Of a stretch of DNA of 64,000 bases, positions 51,269 to 64,000 are shown piece after piece; position 1 is the stretch's first letter; each line of letters starts with the position of its first letter. The position numbers were made by a program, and so were the translations under genes. The DNA is from Carcharhinus amblyrhynchos (taxonomy: Eukaryota), in assembly GCA_965287045.1 (NCBI GenBank), contig OZ336870.1, positions 113,398,001 to 113,462,000 of the forward strand. Reading direction: 5' to 3'. The notes under the pieces were generated by a model. It was given only the letters and a program-made list of their open reading frames with translations. It searched no databases and was not told where the DNA came from.

Positions 51269-52489
51269 TCGGTGTCGAGATATGCCTGCTGGGACCACCA
51301 CTACTGATCCCATGCATGCCTACAGTGCTGATGGAAGCTCTGTTCATTAGTGTGGCAGTGACGGGCACATTCCACTTGGGAATGTTTAGGGCATCTTCCC
51401 ACCAGGGTGAATAGAAAATGTGTCTGAAGAGTGATTGGATTGGGTCACAAAGAGGGGTTGTCCCCCAGGGACAAATATGTAACTGTGATTGCCCTTCTCC
51501 ATAGTGCTGATTGTATGCAAAGATGACATCACTTTCATGTCAAATGTAATTCTTTATGCAGCAATATGAACAAGAAAGACACATTGAATAGATTTTAATA
51601 TTAAATATCAATTTAAATATTTGTTTGTAATAGTAAATTTTACCCAGTGGCCAATTTGTTGAATTGTTATTTAGCCCTTATTACTTCGAAAAAGTTGTTT
51701 AATCTTTAGATACACTTGTCTGTTCGATCTCATAAGCATACACTATTAAACTCTAACCAACGAAGAAAACAGTATGCAATAGTAAAAACATGAAGAAAAG
51801 TCCACTTACCAAGTACGTGGTGATAAGCTTGGTATCATTAAGCAGCACTGCTAAATTGAATTTCTCACAAAGGTCCAATATTTACCACTAGCAGCCAAAA
51901 GAGTTTTGGTGGTCACAGCCATGGTGTTAAACAAGCTGCTCCATTGGGCATAGATTAAGCACTTGCTTCCTTGAGGAGCTGTTATCCTGCTTGCACTGAA
52001 AATGTATAAAGACAAGTGTTCTTGAGTCAGTATTTTTAGTTAGAAAGTAAATAGTTTATCACAACATGACTAGGTAAAGAAAATATAAACTAAGAATATC
52101 GGACTTCTGTGCCTTGTTTCACCTTACTTGCCTTTCTGTTAAAATCCTCATTTTGTACCATCCACTTAAGTACCATAGTAAGTTTCTCACAAGATATCCT
52201 CACTGCTTTCGTTCCTCAGCTTCTGTACTGAGTGATTTCACATCCAATCTCCATAAAACTTAGCTCTCCTCCCTGTTCACCAGTTTCTGTCCTCAATCTC
52301 TTCCTCCATATTAACTTACCTACCAGATTCACAACCACTTCCTTCACCTTGCCTCTCTGCTCTCGTGCATAGGTTCTGAGCATCCTTATATTGCTTACCA
52401 CTCATACCCTCATTCCCCTCCCAACCTAACTTCCTTCTGTGTTAGCCCCTGGAAAAACTCCACTTACAAATGCATTTTCAAAAGCCAAA

Positions 52490-52680
52490 AATAACAGCAA
52501 TATGCTGTGGATGTTGGAAATTTGAAATAAAAGCATAAAGTGCCGGAAAGACTCAGCAGCTCTGGCAGCATCTGTGGAGAGAGAAACAGAGATAATGTAT
52601 TTGGTTCAATATGACTCTTCTTCAGAACAGAAGAAGAATAGAAGTTCCAAAGAAGAGTTATATTAGACTCAAAACTTTTA
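52490..52680. repeat. Penelope-like repeat with inverted hammerhead-end duplication
   Basis: TATGACTCTTCTTCAGAAC ... GTTCCAAAGAAGAGTTATA inverted pair; minus strand has CTGAAGA. Confidence 0.68.
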
Positions 52681-52879
52681 CAAACCGAAGTTGCTGCTGG
52701 GCTCAATCAGAGCCCCTTACATTTTTTTGCCCAAGTGTCTAAAAATGTGGTGGGAAAGGTGGTAGTACAGCCAGCAGGCCACCTTTCACCTTTCCATCTG
52801 AGATTACATTTGGCCAAAAGAATTGCAAAGTTCTGCCCATATAGTATGCAGTTGGTTTCATTATTCATTACCAGATCTG

Positions 52880-53470
52880 GTTGAACCTCATAAAGCACTA
52901 GTCTTCTCTGCCAAAGCTACTCACTATTTCAGAATCTACTTGGAAAAGGTAACTCACAACTTTTTCACTACCAACCATATCCTTAAACCTTCACCTCAAC
53001 AAGCATGAAGAGCTCATGGACTATTTTGTTGCTTTGACTGAAACCATCCACTCCAGCCTACCCCACATCACCAGGCTAAACATACCTTCAGGTCACCTCC
53101 TGCCCTAACCCTGAGTTCATACCGTTCTTTATTTTCTCTCTTATCCTCCCTCATGGTCTCTCTGAGCTCCTCTTGTCCATGAGACACATCTCCTGCCTCT
53201 GTCTTGCTTATTCCAATAAAGCTGCTGCCACCCAACATTCTTTCCAAGCTGCCATTTATCTGCTATTGTTAATGCAACAGAGATACAGCACCCCCTCCCA
53301 TTTCAAACCTACCCTTGACTTCCTCTGTCCTTGCAAACTATCACCGCTTCCCCAAGCTCTCTTTCCTCGCTAAACTTCTTGATTGTTGTGCAATTCCAAA
53401 TCCATATTTGAGTCCCTCCAATCAGATTTCCTCCCCTGCCATAGCATTTAATGGGCTCTTTGAAGTTTAA
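52880..53470 (+). mobile_element. L2 LINE ORF2 fragment
   Basis: KPTLD..VLANY...LSFLAKLL...FESLQSDF.PCHS resembles the L2 RT start (NYRPISNLPFLSK..ESLQSGFR). A related minus-strand L2 3' end lies at ~59240-59600. Confidence 0.7.
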
Positions 53471-53605
53471 AATTTATAGGTGAGATGTTATGGCCTTGCT
53501 CATCCCGAAACCATAAAATCCTGCCTGAGGTCAATGGGCCTTCCCATGCTTCATCCCTCGTCTGCTCCGATTCCCGTGGCAGGTGGGCTAGTAAAATTCT
53601 GGCCT

Positions 53606-53894
53606 ATTTATTAGTGTCATGAGTAGGCTTACATTAACACTGCAATGAAGTTACTGTGAAAATCCCCTAATCGCCACACTCTGGCACCTGTTTAGGTACG
53701 CTGAGGAAGAATTTAGCATGGCCAATACACCCAGCCCATCTTTTGGACTGTGGAAGGAAACTGGAGCACCCGGAGGAAATCCACACAGACACAGGGAGAA
53801 TGTGCAGACTTTGCACAGACAGTGAGCCAAACCAGGAATTGAACCCCGGTCCCCATGAAGCAGCAGTGCTAATCACTGTGCCACTGTGTCGCCC
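53606..53894 (-). mobile_element. HE1-like SINE, alternative tail
   Basis: Homologous to 9833-10122. Confidence 0.9.
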
Positions 53895-54124
53895 TATCCT
53901 CTTATCCAAGTAACAAGTTATGCTTCCTGTAATGTGAGCACAGAGAACTGTAATAACAACAATAACTTGAAGTTAACATGCATCTTTAATAAAACATCCC
54001 AAAGGAGCACATCACAGGAGCATCATAAAACAAAACTAACCCCCTATCCTTCTCGAACTGTCTGAAGGCTTTGGTATGATTCACTATAGCATTGTCTTGC
54101 TTTAATCTCTTCTATTCTCCTGAC

Positions 54125-54181
54125 TGTATATGTGTGTGTGTGCACGTACATGTGTGTGTATGTGTGAGAGAGAGAGAGAGT
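54125..54181. repeat. (TG)n(AG)n compound microsatellite
   Basis: Seen directly. Confidence 0.9.
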
Positions 54182-56204
54182 GAAAGAATGCACCTAAGAC
54201 ATGTAGAGACATAGCCGAAAGTGAGTTACATGCAAACATTGCTGAACAGCAAAAAAACATAGTTCATTCAGTCATGTTGCTTCTGCTTCATGATTTAGGT
54301 ATTCCTTATGTACCCAAATTCCTTATCCAAACACTTTCTGTGGGGATTTGTATGGCACGGACTGGACTATACCTGCACTCCAGGGACAGACTGAAAAGTT
54401 GGGGAGAGGGGAGGCAGCACCAACGTTCACCTCATTGGGACCTGTTTGACTGACCCTGAAACACCCTGACTGAAGATCTGCCAGAACTCCGATTGGTCTT
54501 AAAAACACTGGAACCATGACAGCAGTTCATTAACTGCACAATAAGCTTGAATTGTGGCTGGAGATTCCCTAAACAGCTGAGATGGGGTTACCCTCAGTTT
54601 TCTGGTCGGCGAAGAACTCCTGCCACTTTGCCCCCATGTTTCCGAAAGTGAGACTTCCAAACAACACATCTGGCAGCTAACAACTGTGCCTTCTTAACCA
54701 ATCAAATTGAAGAGTCTGAACCAGCAAGTATCATTTAGAACAATGAATTCAAATCGGGTGTGAAAGTGAAATAGAGAGCAGGAAAGACTACTGGATGCCA
54801 AGAGAGTTTTAAAATAAGTTGTTTAAAAAAAGTTTTTAAAAACTCACCAACAATAATTAAAAGCTGCAAGAATGCAGGCCTTCAAATCTAAAAGTTAACT
54901 TTTGGTGCCAGAGAGGTGAGAGGTCATTTGGCACCAATTAAGACTGATCCTGCTGGTGAAAGGATAATTCGACTGGAATGAATAAGCCATCATTTTTTTA
55001 TGGCAAAGATCGTCTCTATCATCAGAATATTTTTAGACCTTTACGGAGAAAAGCACACTTCAGGTAATAACTTGCAAATCTTTGTGTTTAACCGTGCAAC
55101 TGAATTCATTGCAACTTCCTGTAAAGTCATGTATAAATAGTGGTGAACATACATAGCTTCATCATTATTATCACAGCAAAATCCATGAATTCTACTGAAA
55201 TATGTGAGGTAAGCACCAAATAGGACTGATTGAAGGGTTTAATTCTATTGTTTAGAAGTTGGCTTAGTTTAAGTTGGGAAATGGTAATCTTGCACTCAGG
55301 CATTTCCTTTTATAGTTGATTCAATAGATATGAGAAAAGATCTCATTTTATCTCAACTGGGGTATAGACTGTACTGCAAAAAAGTTTAATAAAACAGTAT
55401 TAAACCAAACTACTTGACAGAAGGGGAGAAATATACAAGAAATTGCTAGAATTGTTTATTCAACTGAAAGCTTACAAGATGTGGACAAAGCATGGGTTGG
55501 GCCTTTCTTCGCGGAAAAAGGCCAGTTTCCATCAAATTAGAGGGTAAATTTTCTGGCCCTGTCTGCCATGGGAATTGTTGCGGACCAGACAAAAAGTTTG
55601 ATGGATTATTTAAAGGGCCATTGACTTTGAACTTGAATTTTCATCCTCCAGGTGCATGCAAGCAGAAAATCCTGCCCTTCTTTATAATGCTTACAATGAG
55701 AAGACAATTTAAACTATTGGCAAATTTACAAATAATGCAATACAACATCTAATTTGATGCATTAATGATCAAGGCAATCACCTGTCAATAAACATGATTG
55801 ATTAAATTTCTATCAGTTATGGTTATCTTACTCAATACTCCCTCTTTCAATCCATAGATGACACCAGATAATATGAAGTATCTGGACTTCGTGGGTATGC
55901 ACCACATTGAGCACTTCCAGTTGCACATTGGGTGTGAATTCAATTGCCCATATTTTTCATACATCACCACAAAAATAGTCACTTGGCTCAGAAAATATAC
56001 TTCCAGGAAGGCAATTTGGAAACGTGTTTTCAGTAGTGCCATTTATCTGAAGAGAATAAGATGGCTGCGTCAGTTTTGGTGAGTTGTCTGGAGAGATACA
56101 AATGTCTTCCAAGCTCTTTCTCCATTGTGTATCCTCACTGTGTTGTTGCCTGCTAGGCAATTCATTATTTTTCAAGATTTATAAAGTATGGATTTTTTTT
56201 AACA

Positions 56205-56592
56205 TGTATTTTTTCATGGGATGTAGGCATCACTGGCAAAGCCAGCATCTGTTGCCCGTCCCTTATTGCCCATTAGTTGAAAGGCTTACTAGGTCATTTC
56301 AGAGGACAGTTCAAAGTCAGCCACAATGTTATAGGCCTAGAGTCACATGTAGGCCAGTTAAGGTAAGGACGGCAGATTTCCTTCCCTAAAGAACATTAGT
56401 GAACCAGATGGGTTTTTATGATGTTAGCTTTGTGGTCACCACTACTGAGATTAGTTTTCAATTGCAGATTTTATTAATTGAATTCAAATTTCACCAACTG
56501 CTGTGGTGAAATTTGAAAGCAGGTCCTCAGAGTTTTAGCCTGGGTCCCTGAATTACTAATTCAGTGACATTACTATTGCAGCACCATCTCTC
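56205..56592 (-). mobile_element. Second SINE family, another copy
   Basis: Reverse complement homologous to 38474-38829. Confidence 0.85.
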
Positions 56593-59500
56593 CCTCTGTG
56601 ACATTGAGGGTAGGTGGGAATGTGGAGTTGAGACCACAATCAGATCAGCCATGGCCTACTTCTGCTCCTAATTTGTATGTTAACATGTTCATATAAATGG
56701 ATCACTCGCCAAATAATTGAAAGAACTGTTTGTTGGACTTGACTTCTGGATCTGAAGAATTGGACCAGGGTTTTGCTACAGGATTTTGATACTGCACCAG
56801 GACTGGAGCAAAACAAAGAAACAATAAAAGATAGTGAATCAGTTTTCCTAAAACTTCCATATTGTTTTCTTTAGTGGACCAAAATGATTATAGGCCTGCA
56901 TCATTTCAAGACTTCATCTTGGGGCAAAGCAAGTATGACAATGATTTCTCAAACTCTTTTGAGTTTGAGGGGTGGAGTGGTTGTGGGGAGCAGGGGCAGG
57001 GGGCAGGGAACACCCTGATATTTAATGATCTAGAGGTAGAATATGCATGTTTTTACATGATGCTTCTGTGTTGTGTCATGGGAGATCAAAGGCATTTGAT
57101 GTCTGCATGCAATCCCTAAGAGAACAAGTGTGAGTATAGACCCATTTTCTTTATCAGTTTATTATTTCTTTTTTAAGCTGATAAGATCAGACCTCTTTTT
57201 ATTCAACAGAATTATATCTTCAAATTATATATCTCAACATCCAAGTTAAACACTGAAGAAAAATCAATTTGCTGTCCAAATATCAAAACTTATTAAACAG
57301 GAATTGCTTTGCCAACACAGACTAAATAAGAAATCAGCAATGACTTGACAGATTTGTTTACATTATAGATATGAATGTCAATAATTCATTGAATTTAGTT
57401 TTGTTAAATGTGTCTTTACAAGGTCTATATCAATTGCAACCAAAGGCACCTTCATTTCAAACAATACCAGGTAAATAGCTTAAAATGAAAGAGTAATAAA
57501 GAGATGAATCAGAAACGTGTATCAATAAAATTCAATTACAGGGGAGTGCATGGAATAACCCCTTCATAAATGGATGATTAAAGCGATGTTTTATACCACT
57601 TCCCTGGGTGCTTTAAATTATTATTTAATTAACTGATTATAAAAGCTCTTTACTACCACAGGGAGATAATTTACAATTTTAAAACTTTTTTAAAGTTTTG
57701 AAGTCCAGTAAATCTTGCCTCTTTTTTAAAAACTCAATTCTAATTAAAAATACCCTATGTATAAACCATGCCACAGGGACTGAAGAAAACAAATGATAAA
57801 GACTTCTATATTGCACAATTCCAACAATACCTAAGGCAATAGCAATTTGGATGATGCATGGTGGAAGTTTGTGAAAATCTGAAAGGTAAACAGTAACCTG
57901 AATTTAGAAAGTTTCCCCCAAAATAACTCTTCTCAGAAAAAATCTCTGACAAGAAACAAAGACAAGATCCTTTTCATATTTATTTTCATACTAATCAATT
58001 CATTTATTAAAAAAGAGAAACTGTTGAGTCTAATGCAACATCTGAGCAACAAATGGGCTATTGAAAAAAATCCTTGGTGTGCTTTCAATAATATTGAAGG
58101 ATCTCAAAAAAATATATCTAACAGAAGGCTCAGTCAACACACATAAAGAAACACATTTTAAAGCATACAGAAAAGAAGTCAGACCTATATTTTAATATAA
58201 ATACTTTAGTACTTTAGAAGAATTAGATTCATGTGTTCCTTTTTGTTGCTGAAATTAGAATGCTATGCTAAATTTTGTAAAGGTAAACAATCCTGTAGAA
58301 ATTCCAGTGTAGACAGCCTGAATTGCGAATCAAGCCCAAAAGCCGTTTGACATTTGAGGAAATCCATTAGTCCATATGCTGCTTGTCAACAACAGCATAA
58401 CTCTAAACTTTCCGTTTTCATCCAAGTCAGGTTTCTCACCCATTTAAAATTCAAGTGACATTTCATTTTACCCGGTTGTGCGTTGTGTGTGATCTCAATT
58501 AAAACATGAACATTTACACTGAAAGAAAGAGAGGGAGACTGGCATTAACATTTTTTTCTTGGGTGCAATGCATCAATCACAACCTAATCCATTCATCATT
58601 CGCTGCTCTCAATGAGGTTCATTAGGTTTTCACTGTGGGGGAGATGACATAAATTCAAACATTCATAAGGTAAGCGATTCAAGCAATTATTTATTTGGTC
58701 ATGTGAACAGGAAGGATACAAACTTAGCTTCCCCAGTGGCAAGAAAATTAAGCTTGTAGAATCTTTGATTTTGCGTGCAATTGATTTCAGACGAAGATGT
58801 TTAATGAAGAATGCTTTTCTTTCTTCATATATAACAGCAACTTTGTATCATTTTCTGACAATTAAAATTATAAAACTTGACAGAAGTGGGATTTTGGAGT
58901 CAAGGTTTATGAAACTTCAGATGATTAAAAAAGCACTAAAAGCAATTAATAAATAAAGCACTGAAGTTGATAATATGTTTAGAAGTCACGTGGATTTTAA
59001 ACTAAAATAGGGGTCGGAGAGCACAAGGCTCAGCTGAATACCTTAATCTATTCAAAGCCTCTCCAAACATCCCAACATATTTTGTATAATTATTAACTGT
59101 TATGACAAGTTCAAATTTGTGTTTGGAAGGTATTTGTGCTTGGGTTTGGTCAATGGACCGGTTACGGTTTTATACAAATATAGGAATTTACTTCATAGTC
59201 AAACACGTGTCCACCTGTTTCAAACAGTGGCAGCAATGTGTATTTAGTTAGCGTGCTTAACATAGTAAAGAGTCTAAAGGTACTCTACAGGAGAATTATC
59301 ACAAAGTTTCAAACCGAGCCACATAAAAAGGCAACAGGTGATTCAAAGCTTGGTTGAATGTGTATGTTTTAAGGAACATCATAAAAATGAGAGAGACAGA
59401 ATGGTGAAGTTTAGGGAGAGAACTCCAGAGCTTACGCCCAAGCTGAAGGCAAGGTCCACAATGGTAGAGTGACGGAAAATGAAAGGTATGGAAAAAGCCA

Positions 59501-62500
59501 ATTTGTAGGTTTGTAATGATCACAGAGGGTTGTAAGTTTGGAGGAGGTTTCAGAGATAGGGAGGGACAAAACAATGATTGGATTTGAATGCATGGATGAG
59601 AACTGTGGGTTCCAGACTCAAAGCAGGATTTTCTGGCTGCACTTGCCCAAAAACTGGAAAATCCCATCTGAGGTCACCAGATTTTCGCATGGTCCACCCC
59701 CCCAATCTGCCACAATTCCAGTGGTGGGTGGAATGAGAAACTTCCCCCCAAGTGACAATGTACAGGAATGATGTACAGAATGTACAGAAAGTGAGCATGC
59801 ACAGGAATGATGGATGAATGGTATGTGATGTGAGTTGGATACAAGCAGCAGTGCTTTCAATGCAAGAATTTATCCTCGAATGATCATGACATATAAAAAT
59901 TGGGAATGGATATTGCTATCCTTGTTAAGCTTAAATTTGTTTACCATCTTTTATTGGTGTTACGATCTCAGTAGAAACCAAAACATTTAAAAAGAAATTT
60001 GAAGTTCCGATTATTAGCAGAAAGAATGTCATGATAAAATTTCATGGATTAAATTTTTTACTGTAACAAATGACCAAAAAATACCTTGACTAAACACCAT
60101 TTTCTTTTTGTAGGTAACTTATACACTGACTACAGAACATGACATTCCCCTTGATATGTATCATCCACAGCACTCTTCTAGCAAACACTCCGCAGTTGCT
60201 CCCAGCTTCCAATACATTTCCATAATTCCATTTTGTTAAGTACAAACTTGAAGTTACCCTCTCCAAACACATTTCTTTGTTTTTGGAGAGATTCCTAAAT
60301 CCACCACCAGCAGTAATACTTGGTACAATGATGCTTCTTCCCCGGCCATGCCAGGATATATCTATCAGAATCTGTAGAAGGTTTCAGGGTGTATCACTTT
60401 GACTAGAGAATATCTCCCTCCTGCATCTAGTTGTGGTAGCTCACAAAGTCAAGCAGCTTTTTCCCTCTGCTGATCGCAGAGAACTGATGTCTGTGACGTT
60501 CACTTAATTGTAGGGAAATCTGAAGCCTGATTACAAAAATGGCTTCCACTGCCTGCTTCCCCATGTCAATGCATTAATCTTGCACCCAGGTAGAAATGCT
60601 AATTAGCTATCCTTTGTCCCAACTCTTTCATCTTAAATGTTAGTGGACAGTTTAAAGCAGAATTGATTACAGAGAATACCAGCAACATTTTTGGAACTTA
60701 AGAGACTAAGGCAGAGATTTTATCAACACATTTCACCTGTTTTCGGAGCCATTTCATGAGCGCTAGATTTCCATCATGATCAGCCTCTTGCTGGAAAAGC
60801 ACGAGAGGAAGGTTAATATGTTGAAATTTATTTAAAGCATTTACATGTCATTAGCAAGCCCAGTGCTCCATTATCCGGGCTCGCCTGCCTTTATGACCTC
60901 ACGGGGAAAGGTGCTTGCTGGTGAGAAATAGACATGTTCCCCATGAAGGGGGAATGGTTGACTTGGCCTCGCCGGTGGAACCTGAGGCCATTGAAACTTC
61001 CCAGCGAGGCCGAGGGCAAGGGGTGTGCCCCTTGGGTAGTGCCAGACTGGCAGTGCCACCCTATCATTTGGGCAATGCCAGCCTGGCACCTGGGTGGGGG
61101 CCCGCTGCCATTCTACAGTCATCAATGGGGAGAAGGCAGTGGGTAGTCAGTGGGGAATGCATCTATAGCTATTGGCCCCTGCGATTGCAAAGTGGAGGGC
61201 TGCTTCAGACTGCCTGCACTAGCAGGGGCCTGGCAGCTCTCTCTTCTGTCAGGCTCAAAGGCTATTCAGTATAAGCTCGAGAAACTGCTGCCATTGTTGC
61301 CATGTGTAAATACCTTGCTCCTCCTTCTCAGTAAAACACTCTAAGCCTCCCATTCATGTCTAGTAATCAAACCAGTCAGACTTACTGTCAGGCAGACTTC
61401 AGAACAGGTCACATGACCATCTTAATTCCCCCTAAATTTATAGCTACAGTCCCAAGATATAGTAATCTTATAAACTCTTAACTGTAACAATTGGCTATAC
61501 AAGCGTTCAACAACATGGCAAAAATGTTGACAACCATCCCTGAAACCTTTTGTTCACCCACTTCCAACTGTCTGATCAATGAAGCCACATAATTATAAAA
61601 GCTGCCCCACAATCAGCTTTACCCATTTTCCTGGATTAACAACTAATGCCAACCAAAATCTGTTGGGAATCAGAAGCAGGTGGGTAATTCCTCTTCCCTC
61701 CAGCCCACTCTGCTTTGAGGATTTGTGGAGCAGTAAAAAAGCATTAGGAATATTAAAAAAATGTTAATGGCCACTCTCACTCCCATATATTTTCCACATT
61801 TATCCCCAATCCCTTACTGCACAAACCTTTCGGTGAACTACTCTAAGGCCAAGGCTGGGCATGCTATTTAGGTTTAGGTCACAAACTATCTGTTCAATAT
61901 TCCAATCTGATAAGAAGCTTAGAGGCTTTTGAATTTAATTTTGTCCATAGGACTGTGAATCCTATAAAATCACGTTGGACAATATATTTTATGCCTTAGC
62001 AGAATCTGTCAAATTTGTGAAGAAGGGAATTTATGCCATATCCAATTCAGTTGTAAATGTGATGTAGGCAGTCTACTTATAACATATCATTTCAAATCTC
62101 CTTGCATCCCTGGGTCAAAGCTCAAAATTATTACTTTTTAAATGGTTTAGATATGTGATATTGAGCTATTGTACCTGCTGTATTTTAACATATACAAAAT
62201 CCATTCAAAGTGGTGTACATTTTGCATTTGAAAAACATGAAAATATATCTGATATTAAATTTGACTTGATTTTATCAACTCAAATTTTAACAAAGGGTTC
62301 AGTGTGTAATGTGGAGCCCTATATTTTTTTGCTGTGTACAGCCTATTCATGTGAATGCACAAAACCTTCATATTTTTGCATGCCAACATACATGCATAAT
62401 TTAAACTTGTGCTGGACCTCCACAAATCTTCCAAGTTGCTGTGTAGCCATACAACTTAGAGGGAACATTGACTCTGTGCGTATTGATTTTATCAACCTTG

Positions 62501-62779
62501 TAGGACTCAACAGTCATCTTAGGTTTGAAAGAATGACAAGAATATCATATTGGTCAGCATAAACAATAAAATAAACTGGGTCAAGAATCCCTTAAGTAAA
62601 CATTTTAGGCCATATTTTCATGGAGTTGGAAATGTCACATTCTGCATGCTTGGCTAGGAGCTCAGACTTCCATTACTTTGTTGAAACAGATGCACGGAAG
62701 AGAAAATAATGCGTGATCAATAGCCCACACCTTTTCTTGGACCTATTTTGTCAATGGTTAAGTATTTATTCAGACAAGA

Positions 62780-63080
62780 TAAAGTGGCACAGTCGTTAGT
62801 ACTGTTGCCTCATGGTGTCAGGGACCCAGGATCAATTAGACCTCAGGTGACTGTCTGTGTGGAGTTTGCGCATTCTCCCAGTATCTGGGTGGGTTTCCTC
62901 ATGATGTTCTGGTTTCCTGCCACAGTTCAAAGATGTGCAGCTAAAGCCATGGTAAATGAGTTACAAGGAAAAGCCAGGGGGAAGGGTTTGGGTGGGGTGC
63001 TCATGGAGAGAGTTGGTGTAGGTCCGGTGGGTTGACTGGCCTCTTTCTGCACTGGAGGGATTCTATGGTTTTATGGTTCT
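62780..63080 (+). mobile_element. HE1-like SINE, CR1-type tail
   Basis: Homologous to 6476-6800; ends GGGATTCTATGGTT. Confidence 0.87.
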
Positions 63081-64000
63081 GTAGGTGTTGAGTGCTTATA
63101 GTTTGTGTTATTGATACTTTAATCGTCTGGTTTATTGTCACTTTAATAAGGTTGTTGAAGCAGCAGTGTTTTTAAGAAAGTTAAAAATATCTGCTTTTAA
63201 GCATTTTCACACATAATTGTTACTGTTGTCTTCATTGGTTGTGTACAGAGAGTGTGCTGGATGAATGCTCATGAAACTGCTATGAGTTGTCGTGGAAGGT
63301 ATGGGAGGCTAACAGAGATGGGTAGAGGGACATAAGTTGGCATGATTTACTGTGGATGGAGAATATTTAGCAAAATAACTGGGACAAAATCACACCATTC
63401 ACTGCCTATTTTCCTGAGGCAGATGAGCCCAGTCAAAAAATTTCTCAACTCAAGCTATCTACCATGGCAAAAATCTGATCTTTCATTGTCCAGCAGTGAT
63501 TCTTAGCTCTTTTTCCCTTTTCCAGCTAGAAAATTATAATCCTTGAACTGCTTAGCTTGGAGATTGTTCCTTCTTCCAAATCTTCCAGCTTCATTTGAAC
63601 CTGCACAACTTGGTCTCTTCAATCCATGCATAAGTTGCCCCCTGCATTGTGCAAGAGGCTTGCTCCTTCTATCTCTCTATCCTCTTATTCCCTCCCTCTC
63701 TCTCTCTAATTCTTACAGACTGACCTTATCTGTCAGTTCAATGACACAAAGGAAAACTTGCAGCCCACCATACAATGGCTTCCAATGAACTCTTCTTCTC
63801 TCAGCATCCATCTGCATGGTAATGTAAATCAAATGGACCTTGTATCCAGGTAGAAATGTTAATGAACTATCCTCTATCCCCCAAATCCATGCTAACTTGG
63901 AATTAAATAAACAGTTTCAAATATAACCATTAGAAAACATGAATTTTTTAACAATTCTGTGGGACCTGGTGGCTAACAGTCTATCCACCATCAAGACAAC

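Noticed and set aside
58626-58675. Possible 44-nt plus-strand exon ending AAG|GTAAGC
   Set aside because: Weak acceptor; the one open frame (FHCGGDDINSNIHK) matches nothing I recognise.
61340-61490. Possible solo LTR fragment ending TGTAACA
   Set aside because: No PBS, second LTR or TSD found, so it is too weak to call.

Overview
Eukaryotic, repeat-rich, non-genic DNA. The repeats (HE1-type V-SINEs, CR1/L2/Rex1 LINE fragments) point to a shark or other cartilaginous fish; this is inferred from recalled repeat consensus sequences. I find no intact host protein-coding gene, and the supplied ORFs are chance ORFs or transposon remnants. Recognisable content: a 5'-truncated intronless RPLP0 pseudogene (minus, ~29.9-30.7 kb); a Ty1/Copia LTR element with a tRNA-iMet primer site, interrupted by a PIF/Harbinger element carrying a decayed 3-exon Myb/SANT gene (20-24.4 kb); a Gypsy integrase remnant with nested SINEs; about ten HE1-like SINEs with two different 3' tails; many Harbinger-type MITEs; and about eight copies of a short, probably Penelope-derived repeat, several ending in a minimal type-I hammerhead ribozyme motif. 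Repeat-free AT-rich blocks between these may hold conserved non-coding elements, suggesting a large intron or gene desert. Most boundaries are read by eye and are approximate.
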